The position numbers and the translations under genes were made by a program. 64,000 bases of DNA from a virus. The notes under the pieces are model-generated. The model was given only the letters and a program-made list of their open reading frames with translations, had not been told where the DNA came from and searched no databases. Location of the stretch: IMG/VR virus record IMGVR_UViG_3300017917_003053, positions 32,001-96,000 of that record; one strand, written 5' to 3'. Positions 36,744 to 47,273 of this stretch are shown here, one piece after another. Numbering within the stretch: the stretch's first letter is position 1; the number at the start of each line of letters is the position of its first letter.

Positions 36744-37777
36744 TTATTACTTATTTTCGTAGTTCATCCTACAACGCTCACAGTATGTGCGAGCAGCAAT
36801 ACTTCCTAGAATATGTCCTAGGGTGGAGAGGTCCATCTAATAAGAAAGCAGATAAAGGAACCATAGTACATAAAGTACTAGAAATTTTAGCTTGTATTAA
36901 AAAAGGACAGCAAGATAAACTTATAGCTATTAATGACGATGTTGTTGGAAATATTATTCTGTCTAACTATAATTTGGATGAAATTATAAAAGTGGTCTAT
37001 AATCATTATGCTCGCTCAAATCCTCATCATGTGTGGGTTGACAAAGACTTTGACGAGTGTTATCATTGGGTGTACAAGACCCTTAATTACAATCGTGGGA
37101 TGTTTGATCCTAGAAACAGGTTTATAGTACAACCAGAACAACATTTTGATTTTATCATAGAAAAACCTTGGGCTAAATACTCATATCAAACAGACGATGG
37201 AGTATTAGAAGGATATCTAGGATTAAAAGGAACTATAGATCTTATTACAAAAGTTAATGATGATCTTTACGAGATTATAGACTGGAAAACCGGTAAAAGA
37301 TTAAATTGGGCAACAGGAAAAGAAAAAACACAGAAGTGTCTAGAAAACGATCCTCAACTTAGAATATATCATTATGCTATTAGACAGTTATATCCTGAGA
37401 TAGCACATTTTATGGTTTCTATTAACTTTATTAATGATGGTGGAGTATTTTCCATGTCATTTGAAGACAAAGACTTGATAGAAACCGAAAGAATGTTGAT
37501 GCAAAAATTTGAAACTATAAAAAGAACCAGAAAACCACAATTGAAAAAAACTTGGATGTGTAGTAAATTGTGTCATTTTGGTAAAACTACTTTTGCAGAT
37601 ACTAATATTCCGGCTATGGTTGAATATAGAGATAATCAAGTTTGTGCTAAAGGATCGACTATGACAAAATGTGAACAAATTAAACACGACATAGAACTTC
37701 TTGGTATAGACAATGTGACCTCCAGTTACAAACATCAAAATCATACCTTTGGTCATTATGAGGCTCCCGGTCAATGA
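36740..37777 (+). CDS. PD-(D/E)XK exonuclease (AddB/Cas4-like)
   Basis: SS.....C, GTIVH..LE, GTIDL, IIDWKTG, QL.IY, C-terminal Cys cluster. Confidence 0.85.
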   Translation: MIITYFRSSSYNAHSMCEQQYFLEYVLGWRGPSNKKADKGTIVHKVLEILACIKKGQQDKLIAINDDVVGNIILSNYNLDEIIKVVYNHYARSNPHHVWVDKDFDECYHWVYKTLNYNRGMFDPRNRFIVQPEQHFDFIIEKPWAKYSYQTDDGVLEGYLGLKGTIDLITKVNDDLYEIIDWKTGKRLNWATGKEKTQKCLENDPQLRIYHYAIRQLYPEIAHFMVSINFINDGGVFSMSFEDKDLIETERMLMQKFETIKRTRKPQLKKTWMCSKLCHFGKTTFADTNIPAMVEYRDNQVCAKGSTMTKCEQIKHDIELLGIDNVTSSYKHQNHTFGHYEAPGQ

Positions 37778-39651
37778 AACAATATATTCCACTACATGTT
37801 CATAGCCATTATTCATTGTTAGATGGTTTATCTAAACCACAACAAATAGCAGAAAGATGTCAAAAGATAGGGGCGGAATCTTGTGCTATTACAGATCACG
37901 GGAATATAGCGGGGACTGTCAAATTTCATTCAACTATGAGATCTGCTGGTATCAAACCCATTCTTGGTTGTGAACTATATATTTCTGATAATAGTGCTGA
38001 GATTAAAGACAATAGCAATAGAAATCTTAGTCATCTTGTGATTTTAGCAAAAAATTACAAAGGTTGGCAAACATTGATTAAGATAGTATCAGAATCTAAT
38101 AACCCCAATAATTTCTATTATAAGCCAAGATTGGATCTGGATAAGCTAGGCTATCTTTTAGATGGTAATATCATAGGATTTGCAGGACATTTAGGTTCTG
38201 TAGTTGCTAACAAGATAGTATCAGAGGATAATATTGATGCAAATTGGGAAACCAATGTTATACCCACTATTGATAAGCTACAAAATATCTTTGGCAAAGA
38301 TAATTTTTTTCTTGAAGCACAATTAATGGATCAAGAGTATAATCCTATACAAAAAGAACTCACTGAATGTATCAGAAGAGTAGCCAAGCATAAGGGCATA
38401 AAAGTTATAGCAACTCCTGATGCACATTATTGTGAAAAAGACGATGCTATAGATCAAAGAGTATTGTTGTGTAATAATTTGAAGACAACTTTTATAGATA
38501 TTAACTCTAAGATTCTCAATAAAGAGAATTTTGGAATGGACACATTCTTTATCTCTGATAATTATCATATTCTCAGTCATGAAGAAATGAACACTTTTCA
38601 TCCTGAAGAAGAACTAGAAAATACTCAGTATGTTAATAGTCTATGTGAAAATTTTGATATTAATCAAAAACCTAATCTTCCAGCATTTGATTGTCCTAAA
38701 GGATTTGATCAAGCAGAATACTTACGACAATTATGTAGAAATGGATGGAAAGATAAAATCAAAGATATCATTTCAGAATCTCAACAGCCTGATTATGTTG
38801 AAAGAATCAAATACGAATTGGAAGTTTTACAGGGTGCTGGGTTATCTAGTTACTTTCTGATTGTTCAAGATATTGTTAACTATGTTCGTGCAAATAAGTG
38901 GCTTCCTGGTCCAGGCAGAGGTAGTGCCGCTGGCTGTTTAGTATCTTATTTGGTTGGTATTACAGCAATCGATCCAATAAAATACAATTTAATTTTTGAT
39001 AGATTTTATAATGCTGGAAGAAATACTAAAGATCGTATTAGTATGCCAGATATTGATATAGACGTACCTATTAATAAAAGAGAAGACATCATCTCATATA
39101 TCAAGAATAAATATGGGCACGATAAAGTATCTCAAATGATTACTTTTAATACCATGAAGGGTCGTGGGGCATTAAAAGATGTGCTTAGAGTATATGGTAA
39201 TATTACATTCGATGAGATGAATAACATTACCAAATTTATTCCTGATGAAGCCAAAATTGCTGACGAACTACAAGAAATGAAAGAAGAGACTGGAGAAGCA
39301 TCTATTATACGTTGGGCATTAGAAAATCATGCAGATGATCTTTCTACTTGGTGCTCATTAAACGATAAGGGAGAATTAGTTGGCCCATTATCAAAAAGAT
39401 TTGAACAAGCAATAAGGCTAGAGGGAACCAAAACCAATCAATCAAAACACGCAGCCGGTGTGGCTATTAGTTCAAAACCACTTGGCGAAATGTGTCCTAT
39501 GGTCTATGATAATAGGAATAACCAAACCATAGCAGGTATGGAAATGCAGGATCTAGAGAGTATCGGTATAATTAAGTTCGATATTCTTGGTATTGCAATG
39601 TTAGATAAGATTATGACTGTCCAAGAATTATTAAGCAAAGGAGAAGAATAA
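37774..39651 (+). CDS. dnaE: DNA polymerase III alpha, N-terminal part (PHP and palm)
   Basis: LHVHSHYSLLDG, ITDHG, GRGSAAG, SMPDIDID, HAAGV, ends just after KFDILG. Confidence 0.95.
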   Translation: MKQYIPLHVHSHYSLLDGLSKPQQIAERCQKIGAESCAITDHGNIAGTVKFHSTMRSAGIKPILGCELYISDNSAEIKDNSNRNLSHLVILAKNYKGWQTLIKIVSESNNPNNFYYKPRLDLDKLGYLLDGNIIGFAGHLGSVVANKIVSEDNIDANWETNVIPTIDKLQNIFGKDNFFLEAQLMDQEYNPIQKELTECIRRVAKHKGIKVIATPDAHYCEKDDAIDQRVLLCNNLKTTFIDINSKILNKENFGMDTFFISDNYHILSHEEMNTFHPEEELENTQYVNSLCENFDINQKPNLPAFDCPKGFDQAEYLRQLCRNGWKDKIKDIISESQQPDYVERIKYELEVLQGAGLSSYFLIVQDIVNYVRANKWLPGPGRGSAAGCLVSYLVGITAIDPIKYNLIFDRFYNAGRNTKDRISMPDIDIDVPINKREDIISYIKNKYGHDKVSQMITFNTMKGRGALKDVLRVYGNITFDEMNNITKFIPDEAKIADELQEMKEETGEASIIRWALENHADDLSTWCSLNDKGELVGPLSKRFEQAIRLEGTKTNQSKHAAGVAISSKPLGEMCPMVYDNRNNQTIAGMEMQDLESIGIIKFDILGIAMLDKIMTVQELLSKGEE

Positions 39652-39830
39652 TGGATAAACAGTTTAAAGATTTATCGGTTGGCGAACAATTTGTACACAA
39701 TGCTGTGTCTTATACGAGAATTACAGATGAGAGAGTAAGTTGCTGTCATGTAAAGAATGCTATTAATAATCAAACCCAAGAAAAGGTTATGATCACTCCA
39801 TTAGAAATGGTAACGGTACAAAATTCATGA
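39651..39830 (+). CDS. 59-aa hypothetical protein (not in the ORF track)
   Basis: TAATG overlap, AAGGAG RBS: MDKQFKDLSVGEQF...RVSCCHVKNAIN...; ATGA overlap with next gene. Confidence 0.7.
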   Translation: MDKQFKDLSVGEQFVHNAVSYTRITDERVSCCHVKNAINNQTQEKVMITPLEMVTVQNS

Positions 39831-40525
39831 AACAATATAATAAGATTTGTGTTTTTGACTTTGAAACAGACGGTGCGAATCCAACTATTTGCAGCCCTGT
39901 ACAAATAGCCGCTTTGATTATTGATCCGATCAAATTGGAAATTGTACCAAATTCAGAATTCAATTTGATGCTCAAACCAGATAAATTAGAAGATAATCCT
40001 GATCATACATACGATTCAGATATTTTAAGTTTTCACGCAAAAGTCAGAGGATGCGAACAGTCTGAAATTTTGAGAGGATGGAAAGAATCTATTTCTCAAA
40101 AGCAAGGATGGTCGATGTTTATAGACTATCTAGAAAAGCATCATTGTAAAACTAGTAAGAAGTCACAATTTAGTGCTCCTATAGCGGCTGGATATAACAT
40201 ACATAGATTTGATCTAAAAATAGTGCAAAGGCTATGTAAGAAATATGGCAACGTAAATAAAGAAGACGAATCTAATATCTTTTATCCTAGAGATATATTA
40301 GATATTATGAATTTGTTATATTATTGGTTCGCCTATGTTGATGATGTTAAGAGCCTTTCGCTTGACAACGTAAGAGAATATATGAGTATATCTTCAGAAA
40401 ATGCTCACGACGCTCTCAAAGACGTTAAGGATTGTGCTAATATACTGTTAAGATTCCTAAGACTGCACAAAAATCTATCTGCCAAAATTAAATTCAGAGA
40501 CGCTTTTAATGATATTCAACGCTGA
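39827..40525 (+). CDS. DEDDh 3'-5' exonuclease (DnaQ/epsilon-like)
   Basis: VFDFETDG, GYN...FD, HDALKD. Confidence 0.9.
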   Translation: MKQYNKICVFDFETDGANPTICSPVQIAALIIDPIKLEIVPNSEFNLMLKPDKLEDNPDHTYDSDILSFHAKVRGCEQSEILRGWKESISQKQGWSMFIDYLEKHHCKTSKKSQFSAPIAAGYNIHRFDLKIVQRLCKKYGNVNKEDESNIFYPRDILDIMNLLYYWFAYVDDVKSLSLDNVREYMSISSENAHDALKDVKDCANILLRFLRLHKNLSAKIKFRDAFNDIQR

Positions 40526-42065
40526 TATATCCACGATGGATTTGGATTGTCCTTTAACTTGGAACCTTATTTCTGCTGGAAATACCAAAGGTTGTTTTCA
40601 GTTAGAGTCTAGGTTAGGTAGAAGTATTGCCAAAAAACTTAAACCTTCTAACATAGAAGAACTGGCTGCATTAATTAGTATTATGAGACCAGGATGTTTA
40701 GAGGCTATTAGAGACGGTAAAAGCGTTACTAACCATTATATTGACAAAAAGAATGGGGTTGAGCCAACAGATTATTTTCATGAATCTTTGGAACCGATCC
40801 TAAAGTCTACTTATGGTGAAATGGTTTATCAAGAACAAGCCATGGAAATATCCAGAGTAATTGCTGGCTTTAATTTGCAAGAAGCGGATGAATTAAGAAA
40901 AAGTATTGGAAAAAAGAATGTTGAATTAATGGCGAAGGTCAAGACCAAATTCCTTGAAGGATGCAAAAAGACTCAGAAAGTTTCTGAACAAGAAGCAGAA
41001 CAAATTTTCGGCTGGATTGAAAAAAGTCAGAGATACTCGTTTAATAAGAGCCACGCTATTAGTTATGCTATGAATTGTTATTTATCAGCATATGCAAAAG
41101 CTCATTTCCCTAGAGTATTTTTTGCCTCATATTTAAGATTTGCTAAAGACAAAATTGACCCTCAGACAGAAATCAAAGAGTTGGTACAAAATGCAACAGA
41201 AATGAATATTGTTGTATGCAATCCTGATATCAGAATGATGAATGAATTTGTGGAATTAGATAAAAAATGCATATATTTCGGTTTAACTGATATTAAGGGT
41301 GTTGGTAAATCTGCGTTTGACAAGTTAAAAAATATAGTTGATAAATCCAAGTTAAATCTACGAAATATGACATGGATGGAGTTTCTATATTTACTTAGTC
41401 AGATAAATACTACGGCTTCTAAAGCATTAATCCAATCAGGAGCATTAGACTTTTTGAAGATTCATAGAAATCAAATGCTTTTTGAATACAACATATTTCA
41501 AGAATTAACAAATAAAGAGATGGAAAATTTACTCAAGATCATAAATGTTAAACAGAGCTTACAAAAGAATTTAGAGTCATTAATTGCTAACTCTAAGTTA
41601 ACTGCTAAAAGACAAACCTCTTTATCAAACTTAATTCAGTCTTTAAAAAAGCCTCCTTATTCATTAGAGGATACGATTGAATGGCTGGCTGACACAGAAA
41701 ATATGCTTATAGGTTGTTCTATTTCATGTTCTAAAGTAGATATGTATGATATGAGCATGGTATCTTCTTCATGTAAAGATTTTAAAAATGACAAATGTCC
41801 ATCTCACTCAAATATCATTTTAGCAGGAGAGATAGAGTATATAAGAACGGTCAAAACAAAAAAGGGCAAAGATGTCGGATCGGAGATGGCGTTTATTACA
41901 CTTAATGATGGAACAGCATCTTTAGATAGTGTTGTTTATTTTCCGGAATCATATCGTAAATATAGGAATCAATTATTTGTTGGAAATATTATTATCGTCA
42001 AAGGTAATAAGTCCAAAGATAAAGACTCTTTGCTCGTCGAAAAAACTTTTATACCAAAGGCTTGA
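40509..42065 (+). CDS. dnaE: DNA polymerase III alpha, C-terminal part (fingers, HhH, OB)
   Basis: GCFQLES, RPG, YQEQAM, AD.LRK.IGKK, YSFNKSHA..Y, IKGVG, MAFITL.D. Confidence 0.93.
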   Translation: MIFNADISTMDLDCPLTWNLISAGNTKGCFQLESRLGRSIAKKLKPSNIEELAALISIMRPGCLEAIRDGKSVTNHYIDKKNGVEPTDYFHESLEPILKSTYGEMVYQEQAMEISRVIAGFNLQEADELRKSIGKKNVELMAKVKTKFLEGCKKTQKVSEQEAEQIFGWIEKSQRYSFNKSHAISYAMNCYLSAYAKAHFPRVFFASYLRFAKDKIDPQTEIKELVQNATEMNIVVCNPDIRMMNEFVELDKKCIYFGLTDIKGVGKSAFDKLKNIVDKSKLNLRNMTWMEFLYLLSQINTTASKALIQSGALDFLKIHRNQMLFEYNIFQELTNKEMENLLKIINVKQSLQKNLESLIANSKLTAKRQTSLSNLIQSLKKPPYSLEDTIEWLADTENMLIGCSISCSKVDMYDMSMVSSSCKDFKNDKCPSHSNIILAGEIEYIRTVKTKKGKDVGSEMAFITLNDGTASLDSVVYFPESYRKYRNQLFVGNIIIVKGNKSKDKDSLLVEKTFIPKA

Positions 42066-42089
42066 CTTGTGTCCGGTCAGAGGTATAAT
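42061..42089 (+). promoter_or_regulatory. sigma70-type promoter for ssb
   Basis: cTTGACT-N16-TATAAT. Confidence 0.75.
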
Positions 42090-42134
42090 ATGGTGCGTGT
42101 TGGCATTGGAAACTTTAACTAAAAGGAATAACTT

Positions 42135-42506
42135 ATGAATATTACTTTGTTACGCGGAAATTTAACAAGAGATCCTGAACTCAGGAAGATTGAGAGCAGT
42201 AATGGTAAGTCGGTATCTGTAGTCAATTTTACTGTCGCGGTATCAAGAGAGTATACCAAGGCTAGTGGAGAAAAGGACAAGGTTACAACCTTCATTAATT
42301 GTGAAGCATGGGACAGCGGTGCAGAGATTATCGCTGAATCATTCAAGAAGGGTGATCTAGTGATGGTAGAAGGATCTCTTAGAAATGATAATTGGGAAAA
42401 GGATGGAGTTAAGCATAGTACTCTAAGAGTTAGAGTCAATAACTTCTCTAAGATTACTAAACTATCAAAGAACCGCTCATCAGAAGCAGAAGCGGTAGCG
42501 TTCTAA
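42135..42506 (+). CDS. ssb: single-stranded DNA-binding protein
   Basis: L.GNLTRDPELR, F.VAV.R, KKG..V.VEG.L, W. Confidence 0.95.
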   Translation: MNITLLRGNLTRDPELRKIESSNGKSVSVVNFTVAVSREYTKASGEKDKVTTFINCEAWDSGAEIIAESFKKGDLVMVEGSLRNDNWEKDGVKHSTLRVRVNNFSKITKLSKNRSSEAEAVAF

Positions 42507-42516
42507 TCAAAGGAAA

Positions 42517-42552
42517 GAGACTTGGGGCTGAATAAGCCCCTTGTCTTTTTTT
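42517..42552 (+). terminator. Rho-independent terminator
   Basis: AGAC-TT-GGGGCT-GAATA-AGCCCC-TT-GTCT followed by a T run. Confidence 0.85.
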
Positions 42553-42557
42553 ATTCT

Positions 42558-44210
42558 ATGAAACCAAAAATACTAGTATGTTCTGAATCATCTAAGGTGG
42601 CCTCTGGTTTTGGAGTATATAATAAATATCTCCTAGAAGGTCTATATAAAAGCAATAAATATGAAGTTGCTGAATTTGCATCTTATGGTCTATTAGGAGA
42701 CAAGGAACGATATAATATTCCATGGAAATACTATCCTAATGCTGTGGGTCAAGATGATCCAAGAATAACGGAATATAACTCTAATCCAGAAAATCATTTT
42801 GGAAGATGGAGATTCGACAGAGTATTACTAGATTTCAAGCCTCATATAGTAATTGATATTAGAGATTATTGGATGAGTGCCTACCAAAAAAGATCTCCAT
42901 TCAGAAAACATTTTCATTGGCTATTAATGCCAACTATAGATTCTTATCCTCAACAAGAAGAATGGCTAGATACTTATATTAATGCTGACGGTATTTTTAC
43001 ATACTCTGACTGGGGAGCAAAAATATTAAAACAACAAACTTCCAATAATATAAAGTATATAGGTACAGCATCTCCTGGTGCTGATCTAAAAACATTTCAA
43101 CCCATAAGTAATGCTGCTGAAATCAAACAGTTATTAAGACTTGATCCAAACAGTACCGTAATCGGTACTGTCATGAGAAATCAAAAGCGTAAACTCTTCC
43201 CAGAACTTATTCGCGGTTTTGGAGCATTGTTAAAACACCTAAAAGACTCAGGTTCAGAAAAATATAACAGCACTGTTTTATATCTACATACTAGTTATCC
43301 AGACATGGGCTGGGACATGGCGAATTTGGTTAAAGATAGTGAATTTAGCAATAAGATATTTTTTACTTATCTATGTAAAAATTGTGCTACTATTTTTGCT
43401 TCTAATATGTCAGGACATGCACAAATTTGCTATAAATGTAAACAAAAAACTGCTGTTGTACCAAACGTTTCAAATTCTGTAGACTCCTCGATACTTGCTA
43501 AGATTATAGGCATGTTCGATGTTTATGTACAATATTCTATATGTGAAGGCTTTGGTATGCCTCAAATAGAGGCCGCTGCTTGTGGCATTCCTGTTGTAAC
43601 AGTTAATTATAGTGCTATGGAAGATGTTATAGATAAAGTAAATGCCTCCCCGGTTGATATTGGTTGTTATTTTAAAGAATTAGAAACATCTGCTATCAGA
43701 GTTTATCCAGATGAAGAGTCTCTGGTGGAGCAACTATCCAAATTAGTTAATCAACCGGAAGGAATTAGAAAACAAAGTGGGTTTAAAATTAGACAACTAA
43801 CAGAAAAATATTACGATTGGAATCACACCATAGCAACTTGGATATCTTATTTAGACACTATTAATGTTGAGAAATATCAGCAATCATGGGACTCTGCTCC
43901 TCATATGTTAAATGCTGTAGATGTTAATAGCTTATCTAATGCGTCTAATGCTTATGAAGCTATGTACAGTATTAAAAAATCTGTATTGGATCATTTAGGG
44001 TTACATTTAAGTGATCATTGGCTGTTAAAGCAAGTTCAAAATGTACAAAATGGATTCTATAATCAGGGCGTAGAATTAAAACCATTCCAAATCAATAATT
44101 TAATTGATATCATCAATGCTATGATTAATGCCCATAATCAAGCTGAAATAGGAAGAACCAATCCTCATTTATTAAACGCAGAAGATTTTATACAATATGC
44201 AAACTCCTAA
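42558..44210 (+). CDS. GT-B (family 4) glycosyltransferase with inserted CxxC...CxxC finger
   Basis: SGFG, VMRNQKRK, CKNC/CYKC, EGFGMPQIEAAACGIP; ATG at 42558. Confidence 0.88.
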   Translation: MKPKILVCSESSKVASGFGVYNKYLLEGLYKSNKYEVAEFASYGLLGDKERYNIPWKYYPNAVGQDDPRITEYNSNPENHFGRWRFDRVLLDFKPHIVIDIRDYWMSAYQKRSPFRKHFHWLLMPTIDSYPQQEEWLDTYINADGIFTYSDWGAKILKQQTSNNIKYIGTASPGADLKTFQPISNAAEIKQLLRLDPNSTVIGTVMRNQKRKLFPELIRGFGALLKHLKDSGSEKYNSTVLYLHTSYPDMGWDMANLVKDSEFSNKIFFTYLCKNCATIFASNMSGHAQICYKCKQKTAVVPNVSNSVDSSILAKIIGMFDVYVQYSICEGFGMPQIEAAACGIPVVTVNYSAMEDVIDKVNASPVDIGCYFKELETSAIRVYPDEESLVEQLSKLVNQPEGIRKQSGFKIRQLTEKYYDWNHTIATWISYLDTINVEKYQQSWDSAPHMLNAVDVNSLSNASNAYEAMYSIKKSVLDHLGLHLSDHWLLKQVQNVQNGFYNQGVELKPFQINNLIDIINAMINAHNQAEIGRTNPHLLNAEDFIQYANS

Positions 44211-45321
44211 AAACATACTATATATTGCTCCATATCGTCAAAATGATGGCTGGGGATTAGCCTCTAAAGATTGTTTGTTATCTTTGTTAACAACTCCAAA
44301 TGTTATTAGTGCTGTTCCCGTCTATCTAAATCATTCTGCTAGATGCGATATTACTAATCAAAAAATCTTAAAAGCCGAACAAACTAATTGTGATCACTAT
44401 GATGTGGTCATACAGGTGGCTTTACCAATGTCGTTGTCTTATAATGGAAACTATGGTAAAAATGTTGCTATGATTTTTTTGGAGAATAATAGATTATTTT
44501 CTGATAGTATCATGGCATTAAACAGAATGGATCAAATTTTAGTCTCTAGTACTAAAGAGATTAATTGTCTAAAAAATAGCGGAGTCAAGACTAAGATTAA
44601 TTCGATTATGCAGCCAATTGACACAGCATACATCAAAGAGTTTCCTGCAAAAAATCTTAGACTACAATTTAATGGGAAAAGCAGCGATGCTTATAAGTTC
44701 TATTATATTGGAGAAAATATACAACGTAAAAATATAGTAGATTTAATGACAGCATATTATTTAGAGTTTGATGAAACAGACAATGTATGTTTTATGCTAA
44801 AGACAAACTCGCCGGGACTGTCTGCACAGCAAGCATCTATTAAAATTCAACAAGAATTGACAGCAATACAAAAATCATTAAGAACTAAAAGAAGATTCCC
44901 TCAAGTGATTACTATTACTGAAAGGCTGTCAGACGATCAAATTTTTGGTATACATCAGGCTTGTGATTGTTTCGTAGTATCCTCTTTCGGAGAGGCTTTT
45001 TGTAGACCTGCGGCAGAAGCCTTATGTTTTGGTAACTATACTATTATGTCTGATAATATTGGTATCCAAGAGATGATAGATAGTAATGACTGTGGACTAG
45101 TATCTACACAAGAACAACCCGTAATTGTGAAAGATAGTACATATCTTGGAGGGTTAGATATGTATAATGCTGAAGAAACATGGTCTATACCCAGTATTTT
45201 AGATCTAAGAAAACAAATGAGAGCAGCCTTTGAAACCAAGGCACAAGTTGATGCTCAAAAATATCTGGATCGTTTTTCATACGAAAATATAGGATTAAAT
45301 ATATGTCATTGCATACAATAA
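44197..45321 (+). CDS. GT-B (family 4) glycosyltransferase
   Basis: DGWG, FYYIGE...RKN, SFGEAFCRPAAEA. Confidence 0.85.
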   Translation: MQTPKNILYIAPYRQNDGWGLASKDCLLSLLTTPNVISAVPVYLNHSARCDITNQKILKAEQTNCDHYDVVIQVALPMSLSYNGNYGKNVAMIFLENNRLFSDSIMALNRMDQILVSSTKEINCLKNSGVKTKINSIMQPIDTAYIKEFPAKNLRLQFNGKSSDAYKFYYIGENIQRKNIVDLMTAYYLEFDETDNVCFMLKTNSPGLSAQQASIKIQQELTAIQKSLRTKRRFPQVITITERLSDDQIFGIHQACDCFVVSSFGEAFCRPAAEALCFGNYTIMSDNIGIQEMIDSNDCGLVSTQEQPVIVKDSTYLGGLDMYNAEETWSIPSILDLRKQMRAAFETKAQVDAQKYLDRFSYENIGLNICHCIQ

Positions 45322-46145
45322 AAAATTTGATGGGTAGGTTTTCTGATAAAGAAATCAATATATTATATTTTCCATCATTGTCTGTATTGGATTCAATGAT
45401 ATTAAATATTCCAGTTAATTATTATGGAAATACCAATATAAGTCATCCAAATTTGACTAATTTGACAGAATTAAGTTGGGAAAATTATGACTTTATTTTT
45501 GCACACAATCTGAGCGATACTATCGTAAACCTATCTAATACTTTACATATACCAATCTTATATTATATTAATAGCAAAAATAAGATAAATAGAAGTTATC
45601 CAAAAAATATTGTTTATCTATATGATACAACATCCCCTATAGAATCAGAAAACGTTATTTCTATAAATCTAATACCAGACTTAGAGAGCATGAATGTTGC
45701 ACCAAAACAAAATTGTGTTTTTCTGAATTATCATATAGAAAAGATTAACCAATCTTTAAAGGCTGACATTCAACAGAAAATACCAGACGCTGTATTCATA
45801 GACGATGTACCAGAGTCAACTAGTGCTTTAGCCAAGATTTTTGCACAATATAAAGTATGCGTGGATTTTGGTTCTGTAGGACATCACGAAGCTTTATTGG
45901 CCCTACAAAATAGGTGTGTGTATTTAAAATTTAACAATGAAAATACCACAACAGAACACCAATATGATAATTTATTTGGCGTGGATAATTTGGATGATGA
46001 AACTTATAAAAACATTGTAACATTTTATAATATAAACCAATTTAATAATGATCTAAAATTAATAGAAAAACAAATTAACAAGAACGCCATACAAGATTTA
46101 TCATCAGTATACGGTTTTATGAAATTTAGGAGATATGTGCTATAA
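45303..46145 (+). CDS. degenerate glycosyltransferase-like protein
   Basis: YDFIFAHN, LHIPIL, residual EALLA..N.CV acceptor motif. Confidence 0.5.
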   Translation: MSLHTIKNLMGRFSDKEINILYFPSLSVLDSMILNIPVNYYGNTNISHPNLTNLTELSWENYDFIFAHNLSDTIVNLSNTLHIPILYYINSKNKINRSYPKNIVYLYDTTSPIESENVISINLIPDLESMNVAPKQNCVFLNYHIEKINQSLKADIQQKIPDAVFIDDVPESTSALAKIFAQYKVCVDFGSVGHHEALLALQNRCVYLKFNNENTTTEHQYDNLFGVDNLDDETYKNIVTFYNINQFNNDLKLIEKQINKNAIQDLSSVYGFMKFRRYVL

Positions 46146-46558
46146 TGTCAAAATACATTTATGTTTATTCAGTAGATAACAATCCTGTTCAAGACGCTAA
46201 AAAAGTCAATATTAGTGACATTAAACTTATATCCAATGGTTCAGCAGACAATATTATTTGTGACTGTTTGGATGTGTTAACTCTGAATGACAGAATTTTA
46301 CACACTAGTGAACTTTTAAAGAAAATCAAAGTGGGTGGCAAACTACATCTTAGATTTATTAATCTACAGTTGTTCTCTAAATACTGCTACTTGAATAAAC
46401 TAGAATTAGATAAAATCAATAATATCATTGCAAATATCAGATCTATTGTAGATGATAGTCATATAGAAGAAATTTTGTCTGTTAATAATAATTTCAAATT
46501 AGACTCTGTAGTATACGATGGCATGATACAAAATGTGGTTCTGGAAAGGGTGTCATGA
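46145..46558 (+). CDS. truncated SAM-methyltransferase-like fold
   Basis: GSADNIIC..CLD, KIKVGGKL; no clear GxGxG. Confidence 0.5.
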   Translation: MSKYIYVYSVDNNPVQDAKKVNISDIKLISNGSADNIICDCLDVLTLNDRILHTSELLKKIKVGGKLHLRFINLQLFSKYCYLNKLELDKINNIIANIRSIVDDSHIEEILSVNNNFKLDSVVYDGMIQNVVLERVS

Positions 46559-47271
46559 TTGTAACAAATTGTAACAAATGTTCATTCTATGAAAATCACG
46601 AATGTCAGTTTCATATGCCTGATATTCTTCTAAAAACTTTCCCTATGGTTTTTAATGAATCAAAATTTCAGAATGATCAAATCTATGATTTTTATTGTCC
46701 ATATGCAAGAACTGCTGAGTGGCTTAAGGTAAAAACCGACGCTGGATTAAGCGATGATGCTATTATGAATGAGGTTTTATCTCAAAAACCGTCATATACT
46801 ATTATATATTTTGTAGACGATAATCTGCAAAATTTTGAAAACAATATACAAATTTTGTCCTCAAATGACTATGGTTACATGTATTTGGTCTCAAAATCTC
46901 AAAATAATAATAAATTATATTTGTCTATCTTAGAGAAATATAAGACTAAAAATTGGAAATATCATGCTATTCTAGATCAAGAAATGACAGAGTGTGAGAT
47001 TATAGATATGATCTTAGATGCATCATCTATAGAGACAGAATTAGTCTATGTTATTAATAATAAATATAGTATTGATCAAGACAATATAGAAACTATATTG
47101 AATACATTTAATTTATTAAGATATCATCAGGTTGTATTCATTCCAGAAGACATTTTCACTTTTCATAATATTGTTATTCCAATGCAATTATGGAAGTATA
47201 AATCTAAGAGAATCGGTTTGGCTTTTGAAGAACTAGAAAATGATTCAACCATTATAAGATTTAGTATTTAA
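46555..47271 (+). CDS. Cys-rich N-terminus plus degenerate GT-A-like domain
   Basis: CNKC...C...CPYAR; rest weakly GT-like. Confidence 0.45.
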   Translation: MIVTNCNKCSFYENHECQFHMPDILLKTFPMVFNESKFQNDQIYDFYCPYARTAEWLKVKTDAGLSDDAIMNEVLSQKPSYTIIYFVDDNLQNFENNIQILSSNDYGYMYLVSKSQNNNKLYLSILEKYKTKNWKYHAILDQEMTECEIIDMILDASSIETELVYVINNKYSIDQDNIETILNTFNLLRYHQVVFIPEDIFTFHNIVIPMQLWKYKSKRIGLAFEELENDSTIIRFSI

Positions 47272-47273
47272 TT

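Noticed and set aside
36740-37777. Cas4 / CRISPR-Cas system
   Set aside because: No array or other cas genes; replication context fits a phage PD-(D/E)XK exonuclease
39600-40560. Split intein, intron or pseudogene in dnaE
   Set aside because: No intein terminal motifs; the gap is fully occupied by coupled ORFs; both halves keep their conserved motifs
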